64,000 bases of DNA from Betaproteobacteria bacterium SG8_41. GTDB lineage: Bacteria; Pseudomonadota; Gammaproteobacteria; Burkholderiales; SG8-41. Shown here in pieces: positions 29,291-38,800 of this stretch; position 1 is the first letter of the stretch, and every line of letters starts with the position of its first letter. A program made the position numbers and the translations under genes. The DNA is taken from the NCBI GenBank assembly GCA_001303585.1, contig LJTT01000006.1, positions 7,919-71,918 on the forward strand, read 5' to 3'. Below the pieces are notes generated by a model. It made no database searches. It saw nothing but the letters and a program-made list of their open reading frames with translations, and was not told the origin of the DNA.

Positions 29291-30304
29291 TCAGTCGAGC
29301 CACATCAGCCTGGCTGGATTGTCGTGCAGCATCAGGCGAACGTCGGCTTCCTTGATCCCGAACGCCAGCAGGGCGCGGATGAACACTCTCATGCCGTCGA
29401 TGCTGTCGATGTGCAGGACCTGGCCGAAGTCGCTGCCGATGATGCAGCGCTCGGGGCCGATGGCCTTGATGGTATTGATGGTCTCCATGGGATCGGCGAC
29501 CGGCTGATACAGGCTCGGGATCATGGGCTGACAGTAGGTGCCGACGTAGACGCCGAGATCGGCAAGCTGCTTCATCTCATCGAGCAACAGCTTGTTCAGT
29601 TCGAGCAGCGGATGGTCGAGTGTCGCACGGGCGCCGATTTCCTTGGCCTTCTTCGACAAGGGCAGGAGCTCGGCGAAATCGGTATGCCCGAAACCGATTC
29701 CGACCTTCTTTTCAGCGGCCATTTCCATGATTTCGACGACTTCGGGCAGCACTTTGCCGGAGTCGTCCACCAGTTTGACGCCGCCCCTTTCCGGATGGCC
29801 GGCGCCGCGCCAGAAGCCGAACGAAGTGAAGGTGGGAAACCAGATCATCTTGAAGTTGGGATATTGCAGCGCGACGCGGATAGCCTGCGGGTTCATCCCG
29901 AAACACGTCCCGGATCCCCCGTAGATTTCCACTCGGTGCGTCAGCTCGCCCTTTTCGATCATGTAGTCGAGGTGGCGCTGGGCGCAGTAGGCGGCGTTGG
30001 CACTGACGTTCCAGTGATCCTTGAAGGCAAGCGCGCGCATGCCCGCCTTCGAAGCGTCGATGGCGATCTGAACCATGTCCTGGGAGCGGTGGACAAAATC
30101 CGGGTAGGCATGGATGTGGCAGTCGATCGCGCCCTTCAGGAGCTCGTTCTCGATCCCCGGATAGATCTTGAGCATCTCCGGGTTGTCCTTGAGCATCTGG
30201 TAGAAGTAGTCCTTGGCATTGAGCTCGCGCACCCGCTGCACGGTCAGCGTCCGGCCGACCAGAAGTTGGCGCGCCGCTTCCGCATCGGCCGCAAAATCGC
30301 ACAT
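29291..30304 (-). CDS. amidohydrolase-superfamily (TIM-barrel metal hydrolase-like) protein, DUF6282-like
   Basis: AIDCHIHAYPDF metal motif, and later HTDF and DHP. GAGGGAGG SD before ATG 30304. Confidence 0.7.
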   Translation of the reverse strand: MCDFAADAEAARQLLVGRTLTVQRVRELNAKDYFYQMLKDNPEMLKIYPGIENELLKGAIDCHIHAYPDFVHRSQDMVQIAIDASKAGMRALAFKDHWNVSANAAYCAQRHLDYMIEKGELTHRVEIYGGSGTCFGMNPQAIRVALQYPNFKMIWFPTFTSFGFWRGAGHPERGGVKLVDDSGKVLPEVVEIMEMAAEKKVGIGFGHTDFAELLPLSKKAKEIGARATLDHPLLELNKLLLDEMKQLADLGVYVGTYCQPMIPSLYQPVADPMETINTIKAIGPERCIIGSDFGQVLHIDSIDGMRVFIRALLAFGIKEADVRLMLHDNPARLMWLD

Positions 30305-30501
30305 AGTTGCCTCCCTCAAAATAGAGACTGATCGAAGCCGCGAAACTGGGGGCCGGCCAAGGGTTTCACTGGCCGTGGCCATACGCTATCGGCATCAACT
30401 GTGGCGCACCTTGACGTGCATCAACATTGCGGCGACTGCTGCGGCACGGAATTTGAACAGCGACGGGTTGAAATTCGAGCCTGGCCCCGTCAATACCCCT
30501 G

Positions 30502-31578
30502 CTACGGCACGAGCCTGTTTTCGGTCAGGGCCTTGTAGAGCTCGTTGGCAACGATCGCATAGCCCGCGGGCGTGCAACGGGTATCGCGCAAATGGTAAAG
30601 AGGCGCGGATGATGAATCGATCGCTGCCAGCATCGCCGGCGTGGTGTTCACGAATGTGACGCCGTTTCGCTTGGCCCACCCTGACAGACGCTGCGGCGGA
30701 TAGGTCTGCCCGGCTGCGGTGCGCGCGGCAATATCATGGCCGGGGATGTATAGCAGGACCAGTTCTGCGTCGATCGAGCGGGCGATCTCCGCCATAGCCG
30801 TGTATTCCCTTTCGATCTGCCGCCACTGGGCTTCATAAAGGCCGTCGGGCTTGTACACCTCGTCGCGGACAATGCGGTACTTCCCGGCGATCCTCTGCCG
30901 GATATAACGGCTCAGGATGGTGCGCGCCAGGTCGGAATGAATGTAAAAGAACGTGCCGACCGGTCCGATCACCCGGGCTTCGTTTGATTTGAGATACCCG
31001 GACTCATCGACACTAACGGCTTCGAGGCCCAGATAGGTGTCGATGACGTCGTCGTCCACGAAACCCACGATGACAACATCGGGCTGATAACGGACACCGT
31101 ACTTCTGCAGCAACATCCGTTCGGGTTCCGGGAAATAGCCAGGGATGCCGGCCTTGATGACCTGGACCTGCGGATGCTCGCCGGGGCGCGCGTTGAGGGC
31201 CTTCTCAACGCGGCGAAGGTAGGTCTCCTCGTAGCGAGCTCCTATGCCGTATGCAAAGCTGTCGCCAAGTCCGAGGACGCGAAACACACCCTCGGGCTTC
31301 TCGTAAGCACGTTCCTCGTCGCGGAAACCAGCCGCGTTGTGAGCGTGCCGGAAGTCGAACTCGTCCGTGTCGGAGCGGCCAGTAAAGGTGATACTGGGAC
31401 GCAGTTTGTAGGGCAGGACCGGGTCCGGCGCCCTCATCTTGTTCAACATGTAGTGCTCGGTCAGCGGCGGCGCCAGCTTCACGATGCGCACTGCGACCTC
31501 GGACAGCACCAATATCACCACGCCAGCCACGGCGAGGTAAACCAGCACGGAGGAAATCCGTTTCAAGGTGCCAGCCAT
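30502..31578 (-). CDS. membrane-anchored SGNH/GDSL hydrolase family protein
   Basis: N-terminal TM (VLVYLAVAGVVILVL) and block I LGLGDSFAYG. Confidence 0.7.
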   Translation of the reverse strand: MAGTLKRISSVLVYLAVAGVVILVLSEVAVRIVKLAPPLTEHYMLNKMRAPDPVLPYKLRPSITFTGRSDTDEFDFRHAHNAAGFRDEERAYEKPEGVFRVLGLGDSFAYGIGARYEETYLRRVEKALNARPGEHPQVQVIKAGIPGYFPEPERMLLQKYGVRYQPDVVIVGFVDDDVIDTYLGLEAVSVDESGYLKSNEARVIGPVGTFFYIHSDLARTILSRYIRQRIAGKYRIVRDEVYKPDGLYEAQWRQIEREYTAMAEIARSIDAELVLLYIPGHDIAARTAAGQTYPPQRLSGWAKRNGVTFVNTTPAMLAAIDSSSAPLYHLRDTRCTPAGYAIVANELYKALTENRLVP

Positions 31579-31652
31579 GTCGGCGCTTTCAGGTCTTTCC
31601 GGATCTCTCCCTGCCCGCAGCAGTCTGGCGCTGTTCGCTCGGCGCTGCGACG

Positions 31653-32387
31653 TCAGCGGGCCCCACGCGGAATGGAATGCGCATCGGTCTTCCGCAACCA
31701 ATCGATCAGCACGCGATTGACGGCGTCCGGCTGTTCTATCGTCGAGAGGTGGCCGCAATGTTCGATGATCTGCAGATGCGCACCCGGAATCTTCGCCGCC
31801 ATCGCTTCATGGTCCGGCACCGGCGTTACCGGATCGTTGCGGCCGCACAGGATAAGCGTCGGAATCCTCACCCGGGCGAGGTCCTCATGGGAGTCCGGCC
31901 GCCCCATCATGGCGGCCTGCTGGTTGAACTGCCCGCGCGCACCGATGCTGCGCGCCATTTCGGACATCAGGTCGATCAGCTCGGTGCGCTGCGCGTGCGC
32001 TGGATGCAGCCATCGCGCGGGCAGCTCGGGAATCAGCGCCTCGATGCCGCCCTCGCTCACCTTGGCGATATCGGCGTGGCGGCCTGCGCGTCGCTCCGTG
32101 TGATCGGCCACCGCTGTCGTATCCATCAATACCAGACGCTCGAGGCGCTGCAACTGCCTTCGTATGACCTCGAAGGCGAGATAGCCGCCCAGCGAGAGCC
32201 CGATCAACGTAAAGCGAGCGGGCGTATTTGCGAGCAGCTCGTCCGCCATCCCGCCCAATGAGTCGTGGTCGCGAAAGGCAAACACAGCGCATTGATAGTC
32301 GGCGCTCAGCGCAGCGACCTGCGCCGCGTACAGCCGCTCGTCCGTCAGATGAGCGCAGGCAAAGGCGAGGAACGGCCGTTGTGGCAT
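31653..32387 (-). CDS. alpha/beta hydrolase
   Basis: Nucleophile elbow GLSLGG and C-terminal CGHLS His motif. Confidence 0.8.
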   Translation of the reverse strand: MPQRPFLAFACAHLTDERLYAAQVAALSADYQCAVFAFRDHDSLGGMADELLANTPARFTLIGLSLGGYLAFEVIRRQLQRLERLVLMDTTAVADHTERRAGRHADIAKVSEGGIEALIPELPARWLHPAHAQRTELIDLMSEMARSIGARGQFNQQAAMMGRPDSHEDLARVRIPTLILCGRNDPVTPVPDHEAMAAKIPGAHLQIIEHCGHLSTIEQPDAVNRVLIDWLRKTDAHSIPRGAR

Positions 32388-32499
32388 ATCAGCGAATACA
32401 CGAATCACCGGTGCGTAACGGGCGATGCGCGTATTACCGCCAGCGCATCACCCATCACGGGCTTTGAGGCCTTTCGTCGGCGCGACTTGCGCTCTCTGG

Positions 32500-32534
32500 C
32501 TTCTGCCTTCTGCCTTCCGGCTCTGGTTCCGTGG
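32500..32534. repeat. CTTCTGC-type heptamer tract
   Basis: CTTCTGC CTTCTGC CTTCCGG CTCTGGT TCCGTGG, immediately 3' of the Bug gene. Confidence 0.6.
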
Positions 32535-32537
32535 CGG

Positions 32538-33521
32538 TTATTTCTTGAACCCCGTCGCCTTGATCAGCGGCATAAGCTCCTTGCGCTCCGTCTCGACGAA
32601 CCGCTGCGCTTTCTCCGGACTCGAGTCCAGCACCGGTTCGAATCCGGACTGGATCAGCTTCTTCTGGAAAGCCTCGTCCGCGAGCGCCCTGCGCGTGACC
32701 TGGGAAACACGCTCGAGGATGGGTTTAGGCGTGCCCGCCGGCGCAAACAGCCCGCTGAACAGCTGGGCAATCATGTTCGGCAGGAATTCAATGGTCGCCG
32801 GGATCTCGGGCGCGGCCTTGAGGCGAGCCGGCGCATTCACCGAGAGAATTCGGATCCGCCCCGACCGGTAGAGACCCAGCAGGCGCCCGGTGATATTCGG
32901 CGTCATCATCGGGATGTAGCCGCTGACGAGATCGGTCACCGCCAGACCTGTACCCCGGTACGGGACGTGCACGATCTTGAGACCGCCGGCGCGCTGCTTG
33001 AACATCTCGCCGGCGAGATGGGTCAAGGTTCCCGCCCCCGCGGAGCCGTACGACAGCGTGCCGGGGTTCGCCTTGGCGTAGGCAATGAGCTGCTTCAGGT
33101 TCCGTACCGGCAAGGAGGGGTGCACTATCACCGAAGTCGCGGAGATGGCGAGCATGTCAATCGTGTCGAAATCCTTGGCCGGGTCGTACGGCGGGCGCCT
33201 CATCACCGCCGGATTGATAATCTGGGTGCTGCTATTGCCCACCAGAAGCGTGTAGCCGTCGGGAGCGGCTCGCGCAACTTCTCCCGCGCCGATGACGCCG
33301 CCCGCGCCGCCGCGGTTATCTACGACGATCGTGCCGAGCAGAGGGCCTGCCTGCTGCGCCCAGAGGCGGGCGATCGTGTCCACCACGCCACCCGGCGGGA
33401 ACGGCACGACGACCCTGATTGGCCGCGACGGATATTGCGACTGCGCGTATGCCCCGAGCGGCGCCAGCGCTGACGCCGCAAAACAGGCCGCCGCAAAGGC
33501 GAGCAACGTGCGTTGTTTCAT
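32538..33521 (-). CDS. tripartite tricarboxylate transporter substrate-binding protein (Bug/TctC family)
   Basis: Signal peptide plus the hallmark YPSRPIRVVVPFPPGG and DNRGGAGG. Confidence 0.9.
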   Translation of the reverse strand: MKQRTLLAFAAACFAASALAPLGAYAQSQYPSRPIRVVVPFPPGGVVDTIARLWAQQAGPLLGTIVVDNRGGAGGVIGAGEVARAAPDGYTLLVGNSSTQIINPAVMRRPPYDPAKDFDTIDMLAISATSVIVHPSLPVRNLKQLIAYAKANPGTLSYGSAGAGTLTHLAGEMFKQRAGGLKIVHVPYRGTGLAVTDLVSGYIPMMTPNITGRLLGLYRSGRIRILSVNAPARLKAAPEIPATIEFLPNMIAQLFSGLFAPAGTPKPILERVSQVTRRALADEAFQKKLIQSGFEPVLDSSPEKAQRFVETERKELMPLIKATGFKK

Positions 33522-33572
33522 GATTTTTCCTCCTCACAGGTGTTGTTGATCGATGCCGCGGCGGCGCTGCGG

Positions 33573-34517
33573 CTAGGCCGCAACTCTCGCCGTGCGCGGC
33601 AGGCTCGACTCCAGCTTGAAGATCCGCGCTGCGTTTTTCCAGAGAATCTGCTCGCGTTCCGTGTCACTGAGCTTTGCGTCATCCAGCACTTTCATACGGA
33701 TCTGGTGCAGCGTCGCCGGCACGCTCAGCCAGCGCCATGTGGTCGACCAGTCCGTCCCGAACATGATGCGCTCGGCGCCGATCTTGTCGATCGCAAAGCG
33801 CAGGTGCTGCGGGTTGGTCCCGACCACGTCGAAGTAGATATTCACATTGCGCATGGCGACGGTCATGGCGCTGTCGAAATAACGGGTGATGCTCCGGCCC
33901 ATCTTGGTCAGGATGACCGGCACGGTCGGAAAGCGCGCGGCAACTTCGTCCGCCCAGAGCGGATCGCCGTAGAAGAGGCCGCCCGGGAATTGGGACCACG
34001 CGGTCGGAAACTGAATCGGCACCTGGTGCTTCTCCACGACGCGCATGATCCCGGAGAGGTCCTTTGCGATTTTCTCCGGGTTCACGTGGTCGGTGAGCGC
34101 GCGCACGAAGGTCTCGCCCACGCCTTTCATTCCCAGCGAGCCAAGACAGCGGTCGAGCTCCGCCGGCGCCGCTTCCCGGGTCGGCCCCGGGTCCTCGTGA
34201 TAGCCGGCCGCCTCCTGGTCGTGCCCCACCCGCGCCAACGCCACCATGCGTGCCGGATGACGCTTCGCCGCAGCCGCGACCAGATCGTTCGACACATAGC
34301 CCGCCCGCGCCTGCACGAGCGCGAAGTCGACGCCGTTCCTGTCCATGTCCGAGACCAGGTCGTCGGTATTGTCGATCGGCTTTTCAGTGAGGTTGCAGTT
34401 GTAGAGCTCCGGGTAGCGCGTGCGGAACGCGATCGCATCCTCCATTGTTCGGATGTGCTTGCTCAGATCGCGGAATGACGGGAAGCCGTAGATGTGGATG
34501 TGCGTGTCGACGATCAT
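33573..34517 (-). CDS. amidohydrolase family protein (amidohydrolase_2 / ACMSD-like)
   Basis: MIVDTHIHI N-terminus and C-terminal FGTDW motif. Confidence 0.85.
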   Translation of the reverse strand: MIVDTHIHIYGFPSFRDLSKHIRTMEDAIAFRTRYPELYNCNLTEKPIDNTDDLVSDMDRNGVDFALVQARAGYVSNDLVAAAAKRHPARMVALARVGHDQEAAGYHEDPGPTREAAPAELDRCLGSLGMKGVGETFVRALTDHVNPEKIAKDLSGIMRVVEKHQVPIQFPTAWSQFPGGLFYGDPLWADEVAARFPTVPVILTKMGRSITRYFDSAMTVAMRNVNIYFDVVGTNPQHLRFAIDKIGAERIMFGTDWSTTWRWLSVPATLHQIRMKVLDDAKLSDTEREQILWKNAARIFKLESSLPRTARVAA

Positions 34518-34750
34518 GCGCGCCCCGGCTCGAGTGCTGAGAGTCGAATTATACAAAGGCTGTTTTCACGCATCATGCCTTATTGAGCCGGTACGGGGCG
34601 CCGAAAAGGGTGACGCCAGCCCAAAGTCGGAAGGCAGATCGATGAATTGAAAAGACTCTTTGGCAGAGCGCTCTTTGTCTTTCATGCTCGGCCCTTGACG
34701 CCGGCTTGTCGATTTCCGCGCTTCTCGCTCGTCGCAGGCATCCCTTCTAG

Positions 34751-34782
34751 CGCTTACGACAGCAGTCGCTTACGACAGCAGT
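34751..34782. repeat. perfect 16-bp tandem duplication (CGCTTACGACAGCAGT x2)
   Basis: Read directly at 34751-34766 and 34767-34782, in a gene-free stretch. Confidence 0.8.
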
Positions 34783-35085
34783 CAGTGACAGCGCACCCGC
34801 ATACACGGGGTTACTCTGCTTTCTGAAAACCTGGCCCGAGAAAGACATGCACAGCGACCAGCCCGGCGGACGCAGATTGCGTGCGGGGAGCTCGCCGGCC
34901 TGGCCCTCGCCCTGCGTCTCCGCCCGGGTGCCCTGCGACCTGCGCGCGAGCGCGCAGCGCGTTCCTGCGTTTTACTTGTGACCGGGGGGGCGGGCTGACA
35001 GGAGCACCAGGCCCGGCATCGGCGGCGTCCGTCAGCATGCGGAGTCGGATTAAGCGCTCCAGGCCTCAAGAAACCGACTCGGAAG

Positions 35086-35670
35086 CTATTTATCGGTTTG
35101 CTGATACAGGTATCTCTGGAAACCTGCGAACATCCTGCCAATATCATCCGGCCTGCCCAGATCGTCTACGGCGTCGCTGGTGGAGTTGTAATATTTCAGC
35201 CGCAAGAGGGGACTGAGGTTCTCCTGATCGAGTTCCCCCACGCCAAACGACACGTAACGCGACAGCACAAAATCGAGAAACGCCCGCTGTTTGGCGTTGA
35301 AACGGGTACTGAGATAACCCCTGGCAGTGGCCGCCCGCGCCTCGCGAGTGACGGGCGGGAGCGCATAGGCAACGTGGGCTAGCACGTCGAAGAGGTCGCA
35401 CTTCTCCGCGTCGATGATTTTCTGCACTTCGGCCAGTTGCTCCCGACCGAAGCCCCTCTCTGCGAGTCTCTGCAAGAGCGTCTTCCGGGTATCCGGTACG
35501 CTCCAGATGGCGCGCAGTTCCGCCTCGTCCTTGAAAAAGTCCGGCAGCCAGCGAAAAAGGCTCTCAAGGAACTGCGGCTCGGACATTGGGGAGCCATCGG
35601 CGCGCCACAAGCTGGTCACCGGCCTGTACTGGAGGGTGCGTTCCTTCCCGTCGGCGAGTCTAACTTTCAC
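35086..35670 (-). pseudogene. remnant: C-terminal domain of a type I restriction enzyme R subunit (EcoEI_R_C-like)
   Basis: The 194-aa ORF has ...PQFLESLF..LPDFFKDEAELRAIWS.P.TRK.LL..L.E.GF...QL...Q..I.AE..DLFDVLAHVAY...P.TR..RA... and RLKY.....DA...LG, which is the HsdR C-terminal domain as I recall it. There is no helicase/nuclease part upstream and only about 430 bp of non-coding DNA before the next feature. Confidence 0.55.
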
Positions 35671-36186
35671 GTCGCGGCGCCTATTCGTCGCGCCACGAAG
35701 TTCGGGATTTCCAGACCAGCGAGCTTCATGGCGTAGATTTCCGCTGCCCTAAAAAAATAAATATCCACCCAATCCTGTCATTGCGAACAGGGCAAACGTC
35801 GCTTTTTCTTGCGCCCGACAGCACCCTGTCTCACTAAGTCATTGAACCGGCGTAAACAACTCACCTTCCTGTGAAAATATCGAGGCCGCTCCAATCGCCC
35901 TCCTGCGTGTCATGGCCGACCCGCTCAGAGGCGCCGCACGGGCTCTCGCGCCGTGATGCCCCTCCCGCTGCAGCTGAATAGTGAGCCAAGGCGCGGGCGT
36001 TACCGACAGGGAGACGATTACTGTTCTCGACGCCGATAAGTGATCGATTTCTCCTTACCGACGGCCCCCGAAAAATAAACACCTCGCCGCAGCCGGATCC
36101 GTGCGTTAGTTAACATGCCGGTTCGAAGATTGCGGGTATAAATAAATCGGCATCCTGAATCTCCTCCTTTTGGATATCTGTAATTG

Positions 36187-36220
36187 CCGCGCATGGTTTC
36201 TCGACCTGCGCGGTTTTTTT
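36187..36220 (+). terminator. orphan intrinsic terminator (no plus-strand gene upstream)
   Basis: CCGCGCA (36187-36193) pairs with TGCGCGG (36207-36213), followed by TTTTTTT (36214-36220). Confidence 0.6.
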
Positions 36221-36348
36221 GTTCCCGGGCCGCTCAGCACGCCCGAGGGTTGTTGCCACGCCGGATGATGTTCGTCGCCACAACGGCGAGCTGAAGGCGT
36301 TTTCAATGAAGTAGCAACATGGATCCTCATCCCTCTGCCTTCTCACTG

Positions 36349-37569
36349 CTAACCCTCGCGTTCCTCCGGCAACCCTCTCCGCAGCCTTGCGCCCAACGCA
36401 ACAATCATCGGGTTCGCGCTCATCCCATGCGCGACGATGCTGAGGATCACAGCGCATACGACCACCAGCGCGAGCATCCCGCTGTCGGGCAGATTCTCGT
36501 GGTACACGATGATCGCAAATACGATGCTCGCGAGGCCCCGAGGCCCGAACCAGCCGACAAAGAGCTTGCCCTCCCAACCCAAACCGGTGCCCGCCAGCGC
36601 CAGCAGCACCGGTGCCATGCGGATGACCGTCAAGCTCAGTACGGCGTAGACCACCACCTCCCAGGTGAAGCTGCCCGCCGTCTGCCCGACTACCGCCGCG
36701 CCAAAAATAACCCACGTAAAAAGAGCGAGCACATCGCCGGTGCCTTCCGCGGGAGCCAGCAATTCGTGCTTGTGTTTCTTTGCAATCGCGCTCGTGAGCA
36801 GCCCGCCTACGAAACAGGCGATGAACCCGCTGCCGCCCGCAACGTGCGCCACCGCGTAGCAGCCTGCCGCAAGCGCAACCACCGGTATTTGCGCCCAATG
36901 CGGCGTCACCCAGTTGCGGCTCGCCGCCGCTTTCAGCAAATAAGCCGCGGCGCCGGTCAGGCCAAGCCCCACCGCCAGACCGATGCCAAGCTGCGCGGCG
37001 ACGATACGAAGCGCGTTCGCGAAGGTGCCGCCCGCGACTTCCGTGCCGACCGCGAGGCCCAGAAAGACGAAGAGTACCGGCACGCAGATACCGTCGTTGA
37101 GTCCGCTCTCGAAGCTCAGGCTCTCCCGGATCGGAGCCGGAACCGCGGCATTGGTCACCAGGGGCTTGCCAAGCGCCGCGTCGGTCGGCGCGAGCATGGT
37201 GGCGAGCAATGCAACCCCCAGGATGCTCAGCTCAGGGAAAACCAAAACCCCGATAACGAAGCCGAGCCCGATCGTCAGCGGCAGACCAATCAGCAGGAGC
37301 CGCTCCGGAATATTGAGGTTGCGCCGGAGAACGCCCAGATTCGCGTTGGCCGCGTCGGTGAACAGGACGAACGCAAGCGTCAGCTCGGCGATCACTTGTA
37401 GTCCCTCCGCGGTGACGGTGACGTTCAGAATGCCCAGCACGTGTGGGCCGCTCACCAGACCGAACAGAACAAATAGGATAGGACCGCTCAGCCAGGAGCG
37501 CTCGATGCGCCCGGCCACGGCGCTGTACATGAAGGCGAAGATGGCAAGGACCGCGAGATTGTGATACAT
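36349..37569 (-). CDS. cation:proton antiporter (Na+/H+ exchanger, CPA1-type)
   Basis: 406 aa, about 11-12 TM helices, with the characteristic FESGLNDG and FGPRG motifs. Confidence 0.9.
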   Translation of the reverse strand: MYHNLAVLAIFAFMYSAVAGRIERSWLSGPILFVLFGLVSGPHVLGILNVTVTAEGLQVIAELTLAFVLFTDAANANLGVLRRNLNIPERLLLIGLPLTIGLGFVIGVLVFPELSILGVALLATMLAPTDAALGKPLVTNAAVPAPIRESLSFESGLNDGICVPVLFVFLGLAVGTEVAGGTFANALRIVAAQLGIGLAVGLGLTGAAAYLLKAAASRNWVTPHWAQIPVVALAAGCYAVAHVAGGSGFIACFVGGLLTSAIAKKHKHELLAPAEGTGDVLALFTWVIFGAAVVGQTAGSFTWEVVVYAVLSLTVIRMAPVLLALAGTGLGWEGKLFVGWFGPRGLASIVFAIIVYHENLPDSGMLALVVVCAVILSIVAHGMSANPMIVALGARLRRGLPEEREG

Positions 37570-37658
37570 GGCGCGGTGGTAGTGTCAGAGTCGATTGTCT
37601 CGAAGGTTTGCCGGCCAATGCGAGGCGAAAAAAATCGAGTCTGACCTTTCTTATTGCT

Positions 37659-38495
37659 TCAGTCGAAGAAGGCGAAAGTCCTGGTCTCGATGCTCTCGCG
37701 CGGGGGCGCCCCTGCCGGCGTTGCAGGATCGTCAAACGCGCTGTGCGCGGTGAAGCGCGAAGGCTTGCTGGCATCCGAATCGAACACCTTGAACACCAGG
37801 GCCTCGTGACGCTCCATCTCCGGGAAGTAGAACCACTCGTGCGCCGGATCATGGGCGATGTGGTAGGTCTCGCCGGTGCGGTTCTTGTAGCGCCGCTCGA
37901 TCCGTATGAAACCCTTTTGCGGAATGGTGCGCCCGTCGCAGATGCCGAGCGGTTCAGCCAGCACCTTGCCGCGAATCGGCCGCCACACCTGAATGATGGC
38001 CCAGCGCTTCTTCAAGCGGCGCCCGGCCTCGACCTCGCCGACGATATCGCGCAGCCGCCGCGGCGCCGACGTCTCGGTATAGTCGTTATGCACGCCCTTT
38101 ACCGTCGGCCGCGCGCCCGATGCTTTCTGCGCCTGCTCATCACCGATGCGGATGGTATGGTCGAACACCACGACCTCGGCGGCGCCGGAGTGCTTCTTGA
38201 TCAGCGCCCGCACCTCAGGGTCGTAGACGCGCGCGCGCTCCGCGCCATCCGTAAAGTCTTTGACTTGCGTAGCGTGATCGACGAACACAAAGCCATGAAC
38301 ATCGAGCTTGAACGTGTCGCGCAGCGGCCTGCCGTTGCGCACCCTCATCTCGTGCGTGCGGTACTCCGGAGGGACCTCCTTCCCCTCCATCTCCGGCCAG
38401 TCGATATAGCGCACCGGCGGCACGCCGGTGTCGACGATATAGTTGAAATCGGCGCGAATGGTGTCGGCAGACGACTTTTGGGCAGTAAGCGGCAT
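37659..38495 (-). CDS. CmcJ/NvfI-family oxidoreductase-like protein
   Basis: GVHNDYT, IQVWRPI and FTAHSAF motifs as I recall them for this family. Start at Met 38495; the ORF is open to 38531. Confidence 0.65.
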   Translation of the reverse strand: MPLTAQKSSADTIRADFNYIVDTGVPPVRYIDWPEMEGKEVPPEYRTHEMRVRNGRPLRDTFKLDVHGFVFVDHATQVKDFTDGAERARVYDPEVRALIKKHSGAAEVVVFDHTIRIGDEQAQKASGARPTVKGVHNDYTETSAPRRLRDIVGEVEAGRRLKKRWAIIQVWRPIRGKVLAEPLGICDGRTIPQKGFIRIERRYKNRTGETYHIAHDPAHEWFYFPEMERHEALVFKVFDSDASKPSRFTAHSAFDDPATPAGAPPRESIETRTFAFFD

Positions 38496-38800
38496 GGGAG
38501 GTTCCTGCGGCCGGGACCGGGCACTGATCATAGCGTTTTTTTAGACGCCGCGCATTTTCCAGAAAGCGTGAGTGGTTAGAACAGATGATGAAAAATGGTG
38601 ATGCAAAGAAAACGGGGCACCCCTTCATCAGCAGTAGACATCGGCTCCTTTTTCCTCCGTTCCCCGTTTCCGTCACCCAGCTTGAGGTACGGCCGTCCGC
38701 CTTTGGTTGGGTGTGTGTTGGCCCAAAGATTCTTGCACCCCGGCAGTCCCAGGAGATCGTATGATTGCTGCCCGGTCGGGACCTGCCCAGGGAGACGAAC

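Noticed and set aside
35861-36082. 73-aa minus-strand ORF upstream of the HsdR fragment, and the 74-aa ORF at 36106-36330.
   Set aside because: Neither has a family resemblance. The first lacks an SD. In the second only the last 15 codons follow the strong SD. Both were treated as debris of the decayed island.
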